UHGV virus genome: UHGV-0163616
Length of the DNA stretch: 35,419 nt
DNA from: a virus
Reading direction: 5' to 3' (one strand)
Below the pieces are notes generated by a model. That model had not been told where the DNA came from and made no database searches. It saw only the letters and a list, made by a program, of their open reading frames with translations. Below are positions 1 to 10,218 of the stretch, in pieces; position 1 is the first letter of the stretch; each line of letters begins with the position of its first letter. Position numbers and translations under genes: made by a program.

Positions 1-49
1 ATTACTTTTAAATAACTCCGTCACATCGCTATAATAGCGATAGAAGAAA

Positions 50-649
50 TTATAATTTTCGCTCCCACCTAACACCCTCACGAATGAGTCTCAATGGTAT
101 TCCAGCATAAGATGATGATGGTCTTGATAGTTTTTTACCAACTAATGACTTAGTGCCAATAATACACCCATATGGTATTACAGAACCTTTGTTTATTGTG
201 ACACCTTCACCAACCCACACATGGTCTGAGATAACAATATCTTTTGCGTGATTTATCCTCTCTCCACTTTCAATATCAATAATAGGATGTTCATCTGAAG
301 TTCTAATATAAATAGAACTAGAGAACATGCAATCGTCACCAATTGTAATTGATTTACCTTCCATTGCGAAGAAATGCACACCAGCGGTGGTCGTCCCGCT
401 TCCAATAATTAACTTTGAACTGTTTTGCCGAATATCAATACAGCCTCTTATATTGCTCTTTTTTTTAATATGCAAGGTATTATTCTCACCAATGATGTTT
501 ATTCTTAAATTTCTAAGAACTACACCTTCATCTATTGTAATTTTATGCCCGCTACCCTGCACATTAACTTTAACACTTTTGTCAATGAGTACTGATGGAT
601 GTATATATATTTCATTACCACTTTCAAATTCACTGAATATATTTTCCAT
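50..649 (-). CDS. Hexapeptide-repeat (left-handed beta-helix) acyltransferase, probable polysaccharide O-acetyltransferase; moron next to tailspike
   Basis: 199 aa ORF with tandem hexapeptide motifs (e.g. VWVGEGVTINKGSVIPYGCIIGTKSLVG) typical of LbH acetyltransferases; very AT-rich; last gene of the tailspike-side arm. Family assignment from motif recognition only. Confidence 0.7.
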   Translation of the reverse strand: MENIFSEFESGNEIYIHPSVLIDKSVKVNVQGSGHKITIDEGVVLRNLRINIIGENNTLHIKKKSNIRGCIDIRQNSSKLIIGSGTTTAGVHFFAMEGKSITIGDDCMFSSSIYIRTSDEHPIIDIESGERINHAKDIVISDHVWVGEGVTINKGSVIPYGCIIGTKSLVGKKLSRPSSSYAGIPLRLIREGVRWERKL

Positions 650-749
650 AAAAATATTATCCGCATTACATAAACAGTCATACCAATCGATACAATCTAT
701 CTCTGGTAGTATAAACGACCTTCCAATTCCATGGAAGATCCATTACACG

Positions 750-2549
750 TTATAGGTTTTCGAGTTTGTTCAATCTTTGCTCTAACCCCTCTATCCTTGA
801 AAATGCAACATCTATAGCCTTTGTAACAAACGGTATAACCTGTTCGTAGGCAATTGTTTTTACATCGCATCCATTGTTTACTAGATGATCTTGATATATA
901 CCACAGTCAATTCCAAGTCGATCAAGTAATTCTTTAACTTGCTGTGCAAGATACCCGGCATGTTCTCTTTTCCTTTTTCTACTGCCATCTTTTTCATGTT
1001 GATGAATTCTAGTTTCAAAAATCGGATTGCCATTAGAATCATCACCAATTTTTACATTGTATTCTTCTATATAATCATCACGAAAATCCCACTTATAAAA
1101 ATATGGGATTATTCCACGGACGAATGATACAGCAAGTTCTCCGTCTATTATTCGTTTATCTGCTTTATCACGCTCATCAGACCGAGTTTGCACCGTACCA
1201 TATACATAAACTGTCTGAGAAGAATTTCCTAACTGAATCTCATGATCTCCACCAACTCTGGCACGGTAGCCTAAAGCTACACAATTTGATTTCTCTTTTG
1301 CAGGTGTCCCATCAATCAAAAACCTACCAGCTTGATGTCCAAGATATACTAATTGGGTTCCAGTAGTCTCACTATCTCCTGACGCTGCACCAACAAAAAC
1401 ATTATCACTTCCTGTTGTTAAATTAAAGCCGGAAGCCCTACCAATAAGAACTGAATCGTTCATTTTTGTTGCTTTATATCCTGCTTGCATCCCACAAAAA
1501 ACAACACCATTTAATCCATTCTGTGACCATGCAGCTTGATACCCTATAGCAACAATATTATTGGGAGATTCCCCATATGAAGACAAACCAAGAGAAGCCT
1601 CACGTCCTAGTGCAACGTTTCCAGAACCATCCACATTTCTAAATAAGGCAGAGCGACCTGCAGCAAGATTATTACCGCCAGTTCCCGTCTCAGCACCAGA
1701 GAATGCTCCTATATAGGTATTACCACCACCAGTTGAGTTATTTTGCATTGCTGCTTGACCGACAGCAACGTTATCTCTTCCTGTTGTTGTTTGTGACCCA
1801 GCATCCGTACCAACTGAAACATTTCTCTCTCCTGATGTTAATAGTTTGCCAGCGTTATAACCAACCACTACATTATAACTGCCGGTTTTATAGTTGGCAT
1901 AAGAAGAACTTTGAGCGTAAATAAAAATATTATAACTACCTGTAGTTAACAGTGCTCCAGCCTCATGTCCAAGTAGAACATTGCGCTGTCCTGTTGTAAG
2001 GCTTGCACCGGCTCGTCTACCAATACCAGTATTTTCCGCACCAACAGCCTCATCTGACTCGTTACCTATAATTGATGATCCTGCTCCAACTCCGAAAAAA
2101 GCATTATTTTTCGCATATTCATTAGAAGAAAATGCATCAATTCCCCATACCGTATTACTTGGGTCAGCATAACCAGGCGAATTTTCACCAGAAAAATTGG
2201 TTAATTCCTGCCTTAACTGATCTGGAGCATATTTCATTACATTTGGGAAATAGTGCTGCTGAGAGCCATACGCATCAAAAATCGCCATTGAGTGATTTTT
2301 TATAGTCGCAAACTTACCGAATTGACCATTCAATACAGGTTGTCCAGCTTGACTTATTTTTATTGGTTGAGAAACCTTAATATATTTTCCATTCTCAAAA
2401 TAAACATCCACTTGATTATCTGGATTAGTCGGATCGGTATCAGGCTTCCCGATATAAATGCTTCCATTCGATACTGATTTAAATGTTCTTGACATTGTGA
2501 ACAATTGATTAGGCATGGAAACTATAATGTTAGGTATAATGTCTGTCAT
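750..2549 (-). CDS. Tailspike / tail fiber: P22-like N-terminal head-binding domain, Gly-rich repeat central domain, C-terminal intramolecular chaperone (peptidase S74-like) domain
   Basis: N-terminus MTDIIPNIIVS...GSIYIGKPDTDPTNP...HSMAIFDAYGSQ aligns with remembered P22 gp9 N-terminus; C-terminal ~120 aa (DKADKRIIDGELAVSFVRG...AYEQVIPFVTKAIDV...LEQRLNKLENL) resembles auto-cleaving chaperone domains of endosialidase/T5-type fibers; gene is AT-rich. Confidence 0.8.
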   Translation of the reverse strand: MTDIIPNIIVSMPNQLFTMSRTFKSVSNGSIYIGKPDTDPTNPDNQVDVYFENGKYIKVSQPIKISQAGQPVLNGQFGKFATIKNHSMAIFDAYGSQQHYFPNVMKYAPDQLRQELTNFSGENSPGYADPSNTVWGIDAFSSNEYAKNNAFFGVGAGSSIIGNESDEAVGAENTGIGRRAGASLTTGQRNVLLGHEAGALLTTGSYNIFIYAQSSSYANYKTGSYNVVVGYNAGKLLTSGERNVSVGTDAGSQTTTGRDNVAVGQAAMQNNSTGGGNTYIGAFSGAETGTGGNNLAAGRSALFRNVDGSGNVALGREASLGLSSYGESPNNIVAIGYQAAWSQNGLNGVVFCGMQAGYKATKMNDSVLIGRASGFNLTTGSDNVFVGAASGDSETTGTQLVYLGHQAGRFLIDGTPAKEKSNCVALGYRARVGGDHEIQLGNSSQTVYVYGTVQTRSDERDKADKRIIDGELAVSFVRGIIPYFYKWDFRDDYIEEYNVKIGDDSNGNPIFETRIHQHEKDGSRKRKREHAGYLAQQVKELLDRLGIDCGIYQDHLVNNGCDVKTIAYEQVIPFVTKAIDVAFSRIEGLEQRLNKLENL

Positions 2550-2713
2550 TTAATTTGCTCCAGACGTAGCAATGCCGAACAAGATGCAACTTGCCCTGCA
2601 TTGCACTAATGTCAGTTATGATTTGTTAATTATGAGATGAGTCTATGCAAAGAGATCTGTTGAATATTGCGCTCTATATATTTGGTTTTTGCACGTTCCT
2701 GGTGTTTGCGAAG

Positions 2714-4711
2714 CTATTCTGACAACGCATCAGACTTAGCCCCCTGCGTCAGAGCGTTAATTGCCTTTTGTGCCTGCTGCATTGCTTTCTCAAAGGCTGT
2801 TGATCCGCGTGGGGTATTTGCCATTCGGAGCATTGCATTTCTGAATGGTTCGCTCTCATAGGCGCGAGTAAGAAGTCCGTAGCTTACTGCTGCGCCAGTT
2901 GTCGCCGGGTTCATTGCCGTCCCATACCCGATAATGAACGGGATGGTTTGCTGCCCTGTTGGTGTTGTTACTGCCGCTTTTGCTGCCTGCTGAGTGGACT
3001 GAAGGTAATTTTTCAATCCTTTCAGATAAGCAGCGTCCTGCCCCTTAAATGTGATGCCAGTCTGGCTTTGCAGGATGTTAAGCTGTCGAAGGAACTGGTC
3101 AGGGGATCCACCTGATTTCTCCATCGCCTTTCCAATGATGCCATTGCGCATTTGCGCCCTGCCAACACGACCAACTGAGTTATACAGTGTCTTAATTTCA
3201 GATTTGTTCTTGCTGAATAGCATGTTATTGACAACTTCCGGCGTCAGATCGCCTTTCATGAGAACATTCTTCAGCCTGGTATTCTTTAGTTTCGCCGCTT
3301 CGTCAGCGTAGACGGCATTGGCCTGCTGATATTTACGGAGAGTATCGTTGCCAAGATTCTGACCAATGGCACCATTGATATCGTCGGTCATCGCCTTGTA
3401 AACGCGCTGAATGGCGGCATCGGAACGGTTTGGTAACACTGGTCGCTCACCCTTCACGTCCATTCTGAACTGGCTGCGCAGATCGCTTAATTGCTTCAAA
3501 TCCAGATTGACCGGACCATCAGGACCAGCATTGCGAACAAGCTCATCACGATATGACTGAAGTTTTGAAATCGTCTCGTTATCAGCGACCTTACCAAGCT
3601 TCTGCAGGTTAGATATCTCAGTATCAATCTGCTGAATTGCTCGTGCAGGTTGAATGTTGACTCCTGCCATTGCATTCTGAATTTGCTCAAGACGGTTCCC
3701 TGCGGCACGCCGAATTCCTGATGTTTTCGCTTTAAGGCTGTCAATAACAACTGCCGGATCGTACTCGCCGAATTTATCAGCAAATCTCTGCACCAACTGA
3801 CTTCTCGCTTCCTGTTGCGTTGCTCTCATTCCGCTTGTGCCAGCCAGGGGGATATTTTCTGCTGTAGTCTGCGCCATTTTCCCGACGCGGGAAGTAGGCT
3901 GTAACAGGTCTGTGGTATGCAGAGGAACTCCTTCACGCTCTGCAAACCTGATAGCCTGTTGAGCTTCTGGTGCTATCGCACCACGAACGCCACGATAAGC
4001 AGCGCCTAATCCACGTCCGGCAGCGTTAATAGCGCCGCCAGCCAGAACGCCAACGCCTAAATCGGTAGCGAGTGCTTCCGCATCATCTTTCGCACTATTT
4101 GCAGCAAGTGACCCGACTGCGTTTTCAGCGAGAAGGCGAGTTGCACCCTGAGCGATTCTACCAGCGAGTGTTGGTGCCTGTGTTGCCGCTCTCTCAATGC
4201 CAGCAGGAGTGAGGTAAGGCAATGCTTCAGCAAATACCCTTCCCTCTGTCGTTTGTGGAGTCAGCGCACCTTGCTGAAGGCCAAAGTCCTGCTCTAATCC
4301 CTGCGTTGTTACTCGTGGTGCTGGTTGATATGTACCATCGCCAATACCGAGTTTACCGCCAGCCCAAGCCGCCGCGCTTGTTACAGCATCGGCAACTGAT
4401 GCAGGTATGTTTGCCACGTTCACGCCAGCCTGCACCAGTCCGCGACCAGTCTCTTTTACTGCTTCACCAAGATCAGACATAAATCCACTTTGCTGTGGTT
4501 GTTGCTGTGCTACTGGTTGTTGTGTCTCCACTGGCTGCACAGATGGCAATGGATAGGCAGCATAGAAAGCTTGCTTAGCCTGCTCTGCATTTTCTCCGGC
4601 TTGCGGGGCCACGACTTCATTGAAGTATTGCTCCTGAGCCTGCGCTTTTTGTTCTGGTGCTAACGCCTGATACTGTGGAGAGGCGATAACATCTTTCCAT
4701 GCTTTAGCCAT
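2714..4711 (-). CDS. Ejection (injection) protein, P22 gp16-like
   Basis: 665 aa, Q/A-rich low-complexity N-terminal region; position and order (gp7-gp20-gp16 then tailspike) as in P22-like phages. Confidence 0.75.
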   Translation of the reverse strand: MAKAWKDVIASPQYQALAPEQKAQAQEQYFNEVVAPQAGENAEQAKQAFYAAYPLPSVQPVETQQPVAQQQPQQSGFMSDLGEAVKETGRGLVQAGVNVANIPASVADAVTSAAAWAGGKLGIGDGTYQPAPRVTTQGLEQDFGLQQGALTPQTTEGRVFAEALPYLTPAGIERAATQAPTLAGRIAQGATRLLAENAVGSLAANSAKDDAEALATDLGVGVLAGGAINAAGRGLGAAYRGVRGAIAPEAQQAIRFAEREGVPLHTTDLLQPTSRVGKMAQTTAENIPLAGTSGMRATQQEARSQLVQRFADKFGEYDPAVVIDSLKAKTSGIRRAAGNRLEQIQNAMAGVNIQPARAIQQIDTEISNLQKLGKVADNETISKLQSYRDELVRNAGPDGPVNLDLKQLSDLRSQFRMDVKGERPVLPNRSDAAIQRVYKAMTDDINGAIGQNLGNDTLRKYQQANAVYADEAAKLKNTRLKNVLMKGDLTPEVVNNMLFSKNKSEIKTLYNSVGRVGRAQMRNGIIGKAMEKSGGSPDQFLRQLNILQSQTGITFKGQDAAYLKGLKNYLQSTQQAAKAAVTTPTGQQTIPFIIGYGTAMNPATTGAAVSYGLLTRAYESEPFRNAMLRMANTPRGSTAFEKAMQQAQKAINALTQGAKSDALSE

Positions 4712-6006
4712 TAATCACCCCATAGTGAAGAAAAGTTACTGCCAGTAGTAGATTGTTGCCCTGGCATATTCTGTACTGGCTCCTGATAATCAAACTGTTT
4801 TTTAACAGTGCTCAACTTGCTTTCAAGCTGATTTCTAATCTTTCCGATAGAGTCACGAAAAGCCTTTTCACTCATTTTGGGGCTTAGGGCACCAACCGCA
4901 TCGGATAATTTTTTACCCTCAGCATCTGAAAGAGCGCCCATACCCTTCAGGGACTGCACCATAGGAAGGAATGTTTGAGCTTTAAAGGTGTCGAGCCTTG
5001 CTTCAAAGTTAGCCGCATCAGAGCCAGGAACTGTCGGAAACGCTGAGCGAATTCCTACTGCTTTTGAAAGGCCGGGGCTTTGCTCTATCTCGTTGAGAGA
5101 ATCAAGCGCGGTGCTGAACGTATCAACTGCACCCTGAGCGGCGGCCTGCCTGTCAGCGCGGGCTATGTCAGCCTTTTGCCGAACATCTGCCTGTTTCTGT
5201 TTTAGCTCTTCAAGCTTTAACTGATTGCTTTCTCTGGCTATCTGTCTGTCCAGAGCCTTTTCTTGTAATTCTGCTCTTTGTATTTCGCGGGAAAGAGCAG
5301 CATTCTGTGCGCTGATGTTCTGTCCACGTATCTGGATGTCCTGACCACGCGCTGTTAGTGCTTCTCCAGCCTGATTGCTGCGGATTGTCTCTGCCAGCCT
5401 GCCTCGGTCAATTTCACGACCAGCCATCTTGTCCTGAACATTGAAGTAGTCAATCGGGCCAAGAGCAGCCATTCCAAGGTGATCAACAAACTCACCAAAT
5501 CCTGAAGGATTCTGCTGATACATCTGAGCAACGCTGTTAGGGTCAACACCGACGCGAGTCAGTTCCTTGGCGTTGTTTTGCAGCCATGATTGCATTGCTT
5601 CTGGAGACGATGACGCAAGGCGTGCGCCAGCCGCTAAGGTGCCGATAGAATTACGCTGGTCTTCATCAATGAATCCCATGCCTTTACGAACGGATTCAAT
5701 CTGGTCTGGATATTGAGTAGCCAACTGACGCAAAGCACCGCGATCACCAGACGCATAAGCATTAGCGTACGCCTGCTGAAATTCTTTCTGCCGCTGAGCC
5801 TGCTTTTCCTGCTGAAACACCCCCGCAATACCTGAAAGGCCTTGCAAAGCAGTCAGCCCAACATTGTTAGCGCCTGAACGCTCAATATCATTGTTCTGCC
5901 TGATAAGCTGAAGCGTATTGCCGATGTCATTTACGCTCGGAGCGTTTGAGTTGACGCCGCCGATACCAGCCAACAATCCGCCATTTGATCCTTGCCAAGT
6001 AGCCAT
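4711..6006 (-). CDS. Ejection protein, P22 gp20-like
   Basis: 431 aa, coiled-coil-rich; synteny between gp7-like and gp16-like genes; start overlaps upstream stop. Confidence 0.75.
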   Translation of the reverse strand: MATWQGSNGGLLAGIGGVNSNAPSVNDIGNTLQLIRQNNDIERSGANNVGLTALQGLSGIAGVFQQEKQAQRQKEFQQAYANAYASGDRGALRQLATQYPDQIESVRKGMGFIDEDQRNSIGTLAAGARLASSSPEAMQSWLQNNAKELTRVGVDPNSVAQMYQQNPSGFGEFVDHLGMAALGPIDYFNVQDKMAGREIDRGRLAETIRSNQAGEALTARGQDIQIRGQNISAQNAALSREIQRAELQEKALDRQIARESNQLKLEELKQKQADVRQKADIARADRQAAAQGAVDTFSTALDSLNEIEQSPGLSKAVGIRSAFPTVPGSDAANFEARLDTFKAQTFLPMVQSLKGMGALSDAEGKKLSDAVGALSPKMSEKAFRDSIGKIRNQLESKLSTVKKQFDYQEPVQNMPGQQSTTGSNFSSLWGD

Positions 6007-6015
6007 GATTACCCC

Positions 6016-6708
6016 TTAAAACAACGAGCCAAGCAATCCGATACCAGCACCAATGCCAGCACCCCAAGGTGTTGATGTTCCCAAAAGGCTGGCAAGACCT
6101 GCACCGGCAATCGCACCGGACGTTCCGCCGCTAATTGCTGTCTGAAGACTTGATGGTTTGTTAGCATTAGCAGCGGCAAGAGCTGCGCTTTGCTGTGCAA
6201 TGCTGCTCATGTTGTTGGCGTACGTCTGCCCGGCGTTTGCCTGACCTTGCAGAGCACCAAGCCCAACGTTTGCCAGATTGTTGTAATTGCTCATCTGGTT
6301 TGATAACCAAGACTGACCGAGAGTCGGCGCGATCGTAGCCAGTTGATTGCTTGTGGCTGTCGAACCAAGTCCTCCCGTAGCCTCCGCAGCAGCAAGACTC
6401 TGGTAACGAGTCTGACCTGCAAGGTCTTTATACTGCTGAGAGTTGTAATACTGATTAAGTGCCTGCCCCTGACCTTCTAAACTGGAAAGGTCCTGAAGCT
6501 GGTTAACATACTGCTCCGCAAGAGGCGTGAACGGAGCAAGGTTTTTCATGATCGTCTGCCACTGCTGATTTTGCAGGTCTGCGGCATACTTCTGAGATTC
6601 TGCTGCATACTTTGCGCTTTTATCAGAACTGCCACCTTTGCCGCCTTTTTCAGGGCAATAAGGTTCCTCGCCGCGCAGCTTTCTGCCCAGCTTAAATGCA
6701 TATAACAT
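6016..6708 (-). CDS. Ejection protein, P22 gp7-like
   Basis: 230 aa; N-terminus MLYAFKLGRKLRGEEP..GGKGGSSDKSAKYAAE matches remembered P22 gp7; Gly/Ala-rich C-terminus. Confidence 0.8.
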   Translation of the reverse strand: MLYAFKLGRKLRGEEPYCPEKGGKGGSSDKSAKYAAESQKYAADLQNQQWQTIMKNLAPFTPLAEQYVNQLQDLSSLEGQGQALNQYYNSQQYKDLAGQTRYQSLAAAEATGGLGSTATSNQLATIAPTLGQSWLSNQMSNYNNLANVGLGALQGQANAGQTYANNMSSIAQQSAALAAANANKPSSLQTAISGGTSGAIAGAGLASLLGTSTPWGAGIGAGIGLLGSLF

Positions 6709-6710
6709 GG

Positions 6711-7169
6711 CTATCTCCTGTGATTCAGGAAGTCGATTAGTTCTTCGCGTGTGGCGCTGTAAAACGTCACGTCATCCACGCCTTTGAAGTATTTCTTGAT
6801 GGTTCCTACACGCTTAAGGCCAATCATTGCGCAGTACATCTGACCGTGGCGGAATTTGCGTGCAGCGAACGATGTGACGCACTGAACGGTGGTGTTAGTT
6901 AGAATGTATCGCCAGAACGCCAGCCCGATTTCCTTGCTGAATCCACGAATCTCTGGCAGGTACATGGCGTGGCAATCAAAGGTTAGCGGCTGAATCTCCT
7001 GATAGTAAACAATTCCGCCGAACTGCCCGTGCACGTTCACCTCAAAGTAACGGCAATCAGGTTTGTAGTCGTATCCATCACCGTTGTTGCTCCCGGCGAT
7101 AATGTCAGGGTGATTTCCTACGGCTTCTATCAGGTCGATGTTTCGCGTTGGTTTGAACTGAATCATCAC
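6711..7169 (-). CDS. Ejection-protein assembly/head protein, P22 gp14-like
   Basis: 152 aa; synteny between tail needle and gp7 as in P22 (5-4-10-26-14-7-20-16). Confidence 0.65.
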   Translation of the reverse strand: MMIQFKPTRNIDLIEAVGNHPDIIAGSNNGDGYDYKPDCRYFEVNVHGQFGGIVYYQEIQPLTFDCHAMYLPEIRGFSKEIGLAFWRYILTNTTVQCVTSFAARKFRHGQMYCAMIGLKRVGTIKKYFKGVDDVTFYSATREELIDFLNHRR

Positions 7170-8119
7170 TGCTCCGCGATTATCTTGATGGTTGTGGCAG
7201 TAAACGCCGCACCATTTGACTGAATGGTTAACGTGCTGCCATTTGTGGCAAGAAAGCCGTCTTTATCCACGCTGAAGAACGTAGCTAACAGGATGTTATC
7301 GGTTGTTGTCGCCGAGTTACGACTGCTTACCAACGTGTCAGGAACAGAGCCGGAAAAGGTTAGCTGCATTGACCTGTTGGCGGTTCCGCTGGGCCACGTC
7401 CCGACAATCGACAGCTTGAAGAACAGGGTTTTGTTGTCGTTGAAAACAACCATCTTGTTGTTAACGGTGTCGAAGAATGGTGCCAACGTCCCGGATGACG
7501 GCGTGAGCGTTTTCAGCAGGCTAACAAGGTTGGTCTGCGCTGTTGGAATGGTTACCGATACTCCTGAGTAAACGACCTCTGACTTCTTGCGCGTTGTGAC
7601 ATACTCAAGCGCAGATATTCTTGTTGAGTGATCACCAACTGTGCTTTGAAGCGTCGAAATGCTTCCTTCAGCCGCTGTTAGCCTGGTATCCAGTGCGTCG
7701 ATATCTGTTGCATTCTGAGTTATGCGCGCATCATGGTTTGCTAACTCAGATTCATTGGCAGCAATTCGCGTCTCGTGATCAGCCAGCTCTGTTTCAGCAG
7801 CCGTAATCCTTGTTTCATGATCTGCAAGAGTGCTTTCCGCTGCTGCGATTCTATGTTCATGATTGATGAGGGTTGCTTCAGCAGCTTCAATTCTGGACTC
7901 ATGGTCTGCAAGGGTGACATCCTGCTCATCATTCTTCACCTGTGCATCATAAGCCCCCTTCCCTGCTTCGTTGGCCTTGTTCGCCACGTTACCAACATCA
8001 GCACCCTGTGCAATAACGTACAGCAGATATGACTGCGAGAAGATATTGCGTGGAAGGATTGATGTATCGAGCCGAGTAGCATGGATGATTACCGGCTCAT
8101 TAAGATTCGAATCAGCCAT
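7166..8119 (-). CDS. Tail needle (P22 gp26-like) with extended C-terminal knob domain
   Basis: N-terminal ~60 aa [39 protein letters not shown] matches P22 gp26 tip; central heptad repeats ([10 protein letters not shown]); 317 aa versus 233 for P22 implies an added C-terminal domain as in Sf6/HK620 needles. Confidence 0.85.
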   Translation of the reverse strand: MADSNLNEPVIIHATRLDTSILPRNIFSQSYLLYVIAQGADVGNVANKANEAGKGAYDAQVKNDEQDVTLADHESRIEAAEATLINHEHRIAAAESTLADHETRITAAETELADHETRIAANESELANHDARITQNATDIDALDTRLTAAEGSISTLQSTVGDHSTRISALEYVTTRKKSEVVYSGVSVTIPTAQTNLVSLLKTLTPSSGTLAPFFDTVNNKMVVFNDNKTLFFKLSIVGTWPSGTANRSMQLTFSGSVPDTLVSSRNSATTTDNILLATFFSVDKDGFLATNGSTLTIQSNGAAFTATTIKIIAEQ

Positions 8120-9537
8120 TACTCAATCCTTATCTGGCAACCAGACAGAGTGACAGGTGACTTCGTGATAACGCGCAATTTGAAGCCGACATTTTTCCTT
8201 ATTCGCCCGACACGCTTCCACAAAACGCGTTTGTCGTAAACGAACGGTTCATTCTGCTCAATCATCTGCTCACGTCCGTAATTGATGCCGTCAGTGGTTG
8301 CAGAAAGGAACAGGCGGTCGGCGTACTGCGCAACACCAGTTGAAGATTCAACCTCAAGGTCGAACACTCTTGCGTTATCCGCTTTGAACAGCGGAGTAAA
8401 CAGCAGATGTTCCTGTTGCTTGTCGTACTGGCTGCTGCTATCGAATTGCAATTTCCCGGTAACAGATTCCAGCTTATCGCCGCACGTTATCTGATTGCCT
8501 TCGTAAATGAAGTCAATAGCGCGGTACACATGGTCATACAGTCCTGTTTTCAGCACACACCATTGCGGACCATTGGCGCTTGAAGATGCGTCGTACACCA
8601 GAACATGGCGCGGAAGATGGATAATTAGCAGCTCATGCGCATCAAATCGCAGAGACTCCATCACACCATCAGCCAGTTCATCAGCAGTGTAGGAACGAAG
8701 GATTTTCTCAATGCTCGCGCTGGCGATTGGTGATACCTGACCAGAGCCGATGATATACACAGACGGCGCACCTGTTGCCGGATTGCTGATGAACGCATAC
8801 GAATCAGCAAACGGCGTTTTGCAGTAAGTCCCGGCAATGCCTTTCTGCACCATCAGTGATGGCTGTGCGACATACAAAGCGGCACCAACGGTGGTTGCAC
8901 CAGTCAGGGAGAAATATTCAATCGTCGATGAACCAAAGCAGACGATGAAGTCTCGCCATGTTCCGATGCCGATGATGCCGTCCGGCTGCGATTCTGCGCG
9001 ATATTGTGCGCTGTAACGGTCAGGATGCGATTCATCTTCAAGGTCAGTGATAAACCATGAATCAGTTCCGTCTTTTGACCACGCATAACGCCCACGTAAG
9101 CGCGTAATGTCACGAACCGAACCTAACTCATACTGCGTGAATCCGCTGTCTGTAGGCCAGTTTGAGACGGTTTTAACCGTGCCATCATAACGATACTCGA
9201 CCAGTTGACCATTAACGCCTACCGCCTGTGATGTCCGACCATGTGCCATTGATACGCGACCACTTCCGGCAACATCGCCGACTTCACTTTCGCCTTTGTA
9301 GAGCTTTCCACCACACACGCGATAAACAGCACTCTGCGCCATGTTGTACTCGACGCCGCGCGATATACCGTTCACATCAGATCGTTTGGCAACGCCCGGG
9401 AATGAGCGAAGATATCCGCTGCTGTTAAGGATTTCTTTTGGTGTAGCCAACATATTCACTGGCAGATAGTCGATATAGTCGGCGTTTCGAAAGTCTTTGC
9501 CGACGCCTTTCATAAGCGGAAGTTGCTGAATCGGCAT
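8119..9537 (-). CDS. Tail hub protein, P22 gp10-like
   Basis: 472 aa; near-identical over long stretches to remembered P22 gp10 ([45 protein letters not shown]...). Confidence 0.9.
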   Translation of the reverse strand: MPIQQLPLMKGVGKDFRNADYIDYLPVNMLATPKEILNSSGYLRSFPGVAKRSDVNGISRGVEYNMAQSAVYRVCGGKLYKGESEVGDVAGSGRVSMAHGRTSQAVGVNGQLVEYRYDGTVKTVSNWPTDSGFTQYELGSVRDITRLRGRYAWSKDGTDSWFITDLEDESHPDRYSAQYRAESQPDGIIGIGTWRDFIVCFGSSTIEYFSLTGATTVGAALYVAQPSLMVQKGIAGTYCKTPFADSYAFISNPATGAPSVYIIGSGQVSPIASASIEKILRSYTADELADGVMESLRFDAHELLIIHLPRHVLVYDASSSANGPQWCVLKTGLYDHVYRAIDFIYEGNQITCGDKLESVTGKLQFDSSSQYDKQQEHLLFTPLFKADNARVFDLEVESSTGVAQYADRLFLSATTDGINYGREQMIEQNEPFVYDKRVLWKRVGRIRKNVGFKLRVITKSPVTLSGCQIRIE

Positions 9538-9546
9538 TTATTCACC

Positions 9547-10008
9547 TCACGTACTCGGATCATCTTTCTCGATGTAAAACCGATTCCACGTAAACGCGCT
9601 TTTGTTACCACTACCGCGAGGCATGTCATTTCGCCGCTCAAGTGGTGGTATTTTGGTTAAAGCGATACAGATTGTCTGATATGCACTGTCAGCAGCGGTA
9701 AGGAGAGCGTCTGACGGCTGAATGACGTTATCCATGCACACTTGCACAGCGAGTTTCAAAGCGACGCCATCATTTGCCCATGCAGGGATACCTGAATCAT
9801 CGTCAGGTAACGGCATGATGCCGTTTTCTGTATCAGCAAACTGATATCCAAGCTCGATACCTTTAGCCTGCCATGCTGCCATCATGTCTTCGAGGTCATT
9901 AATGGCATCTTCAATTGCCTGAGGGTCAGCATCTGTCAACGTGGCATTGGAATACAGCCCGGCTTTTCGTAAAGCCTTAAGAACGAGATCACCCTTCGTT
10001 TTCGCCAT
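9547..10008 (-). CDS. Head-to-tail adaptor, P22 gp4-like
   Basis: 153 aa; KTKGDLV..ALRK.G...ATLTD..PQ...DA..DLE.MMA.W motif shared with P22 gp4; synteny. Confidence 0.8.
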   Translation of the reverse strand: MAKTKGDLVLKALRKAGLYSNATLTDADPQAIEDAINDLEDMMAAWQAKGIELGYQFADTENGIMPLPDDDSGIPAWANDGVALKLAVQVCMDNVIQPSDALLTAADSAYQTICIALTKIPPLERRNDMPRGSGNKSAFTWNRFYIEKDDPST

Positions 10009-10177
10009 CTTCTTCCGCCTTAGCCACTTTATGCTTCGTTGCGGTTTCTTCAGGAGTTTTTACCCAGCCTTTTTTCAGGTGAGATTTAACTTCTTCGTCA
10101 TCAACAATGATGTAATCGACAGCAAACTGACCACAGGTGATCATGTTGCCAGGCTTATAGAGCATTGTTCGTGCCAT
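9989..10177 (-). CDS. Small hypothetical protein downstream of coat gene
   Basis: Internal ATG at 10177 preceded by GGGAGAAG Shine-Dalgarno directly after the coat terminator; 62 aa acidic protein; longer ORF-track start (10219) overlaps the coat stop. Confidence 0.4.
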   Translation of the reverse strand: MARTMLYKPGNMITCGQFAVDYIIVDDEEVKSHLKKGWVKTPEETATKHKVAKAEEDGENEG

Positions 10178-10190
10178 TGTCTTCTCCCAA

Positions 10191-10211
10191 TAAAAATGGG
10201 GCCGAAGCCCC
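10191..10211 (-). terminator. Intrinsic terminator after the coat gene (GGGGC-UUCG-GCCCC followed by AUUUUUAUU on the minus strand)
   Basis: Perfect 5-bp GC stem with UUCG tetraloop and U-tract read directly from the sequence, about 10 nt after the coat stop codon. Confidence 0.6.
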
Positions 10212-10218
10212 ACCAACA

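Noticed and set aside
50-649. NeuO-type heptanucleotide (AAGACTC) phase-variation repeats at the 5' end of the acetyltransferase
   Set aside because: Looked for tandem 7-mers near the start codon (600-660) and found none; only an A8 homopolymer further into the gene, so NeuO-style VNTR switching is not supported.
720-737. Palindrome TTCCATGGAA / hairpin between tailspike and acetyltransferase
   Set aside because: Could be a regulatory site or just an NcoI-like palindrome; no U-tract and no second copy, so insufficient evidence for a function.
750-2549. Tailspike as an endosialidase (K1 capsule depolymerase), as in CUS-3
   Set aside because: Only the C-terminal chaperone domain resembles endosialidases; the protein is about 600 aa with Gly-rich fibre-like repeats instead of the roughly 900-aa sialidase propeller, so the substrate is unknown.
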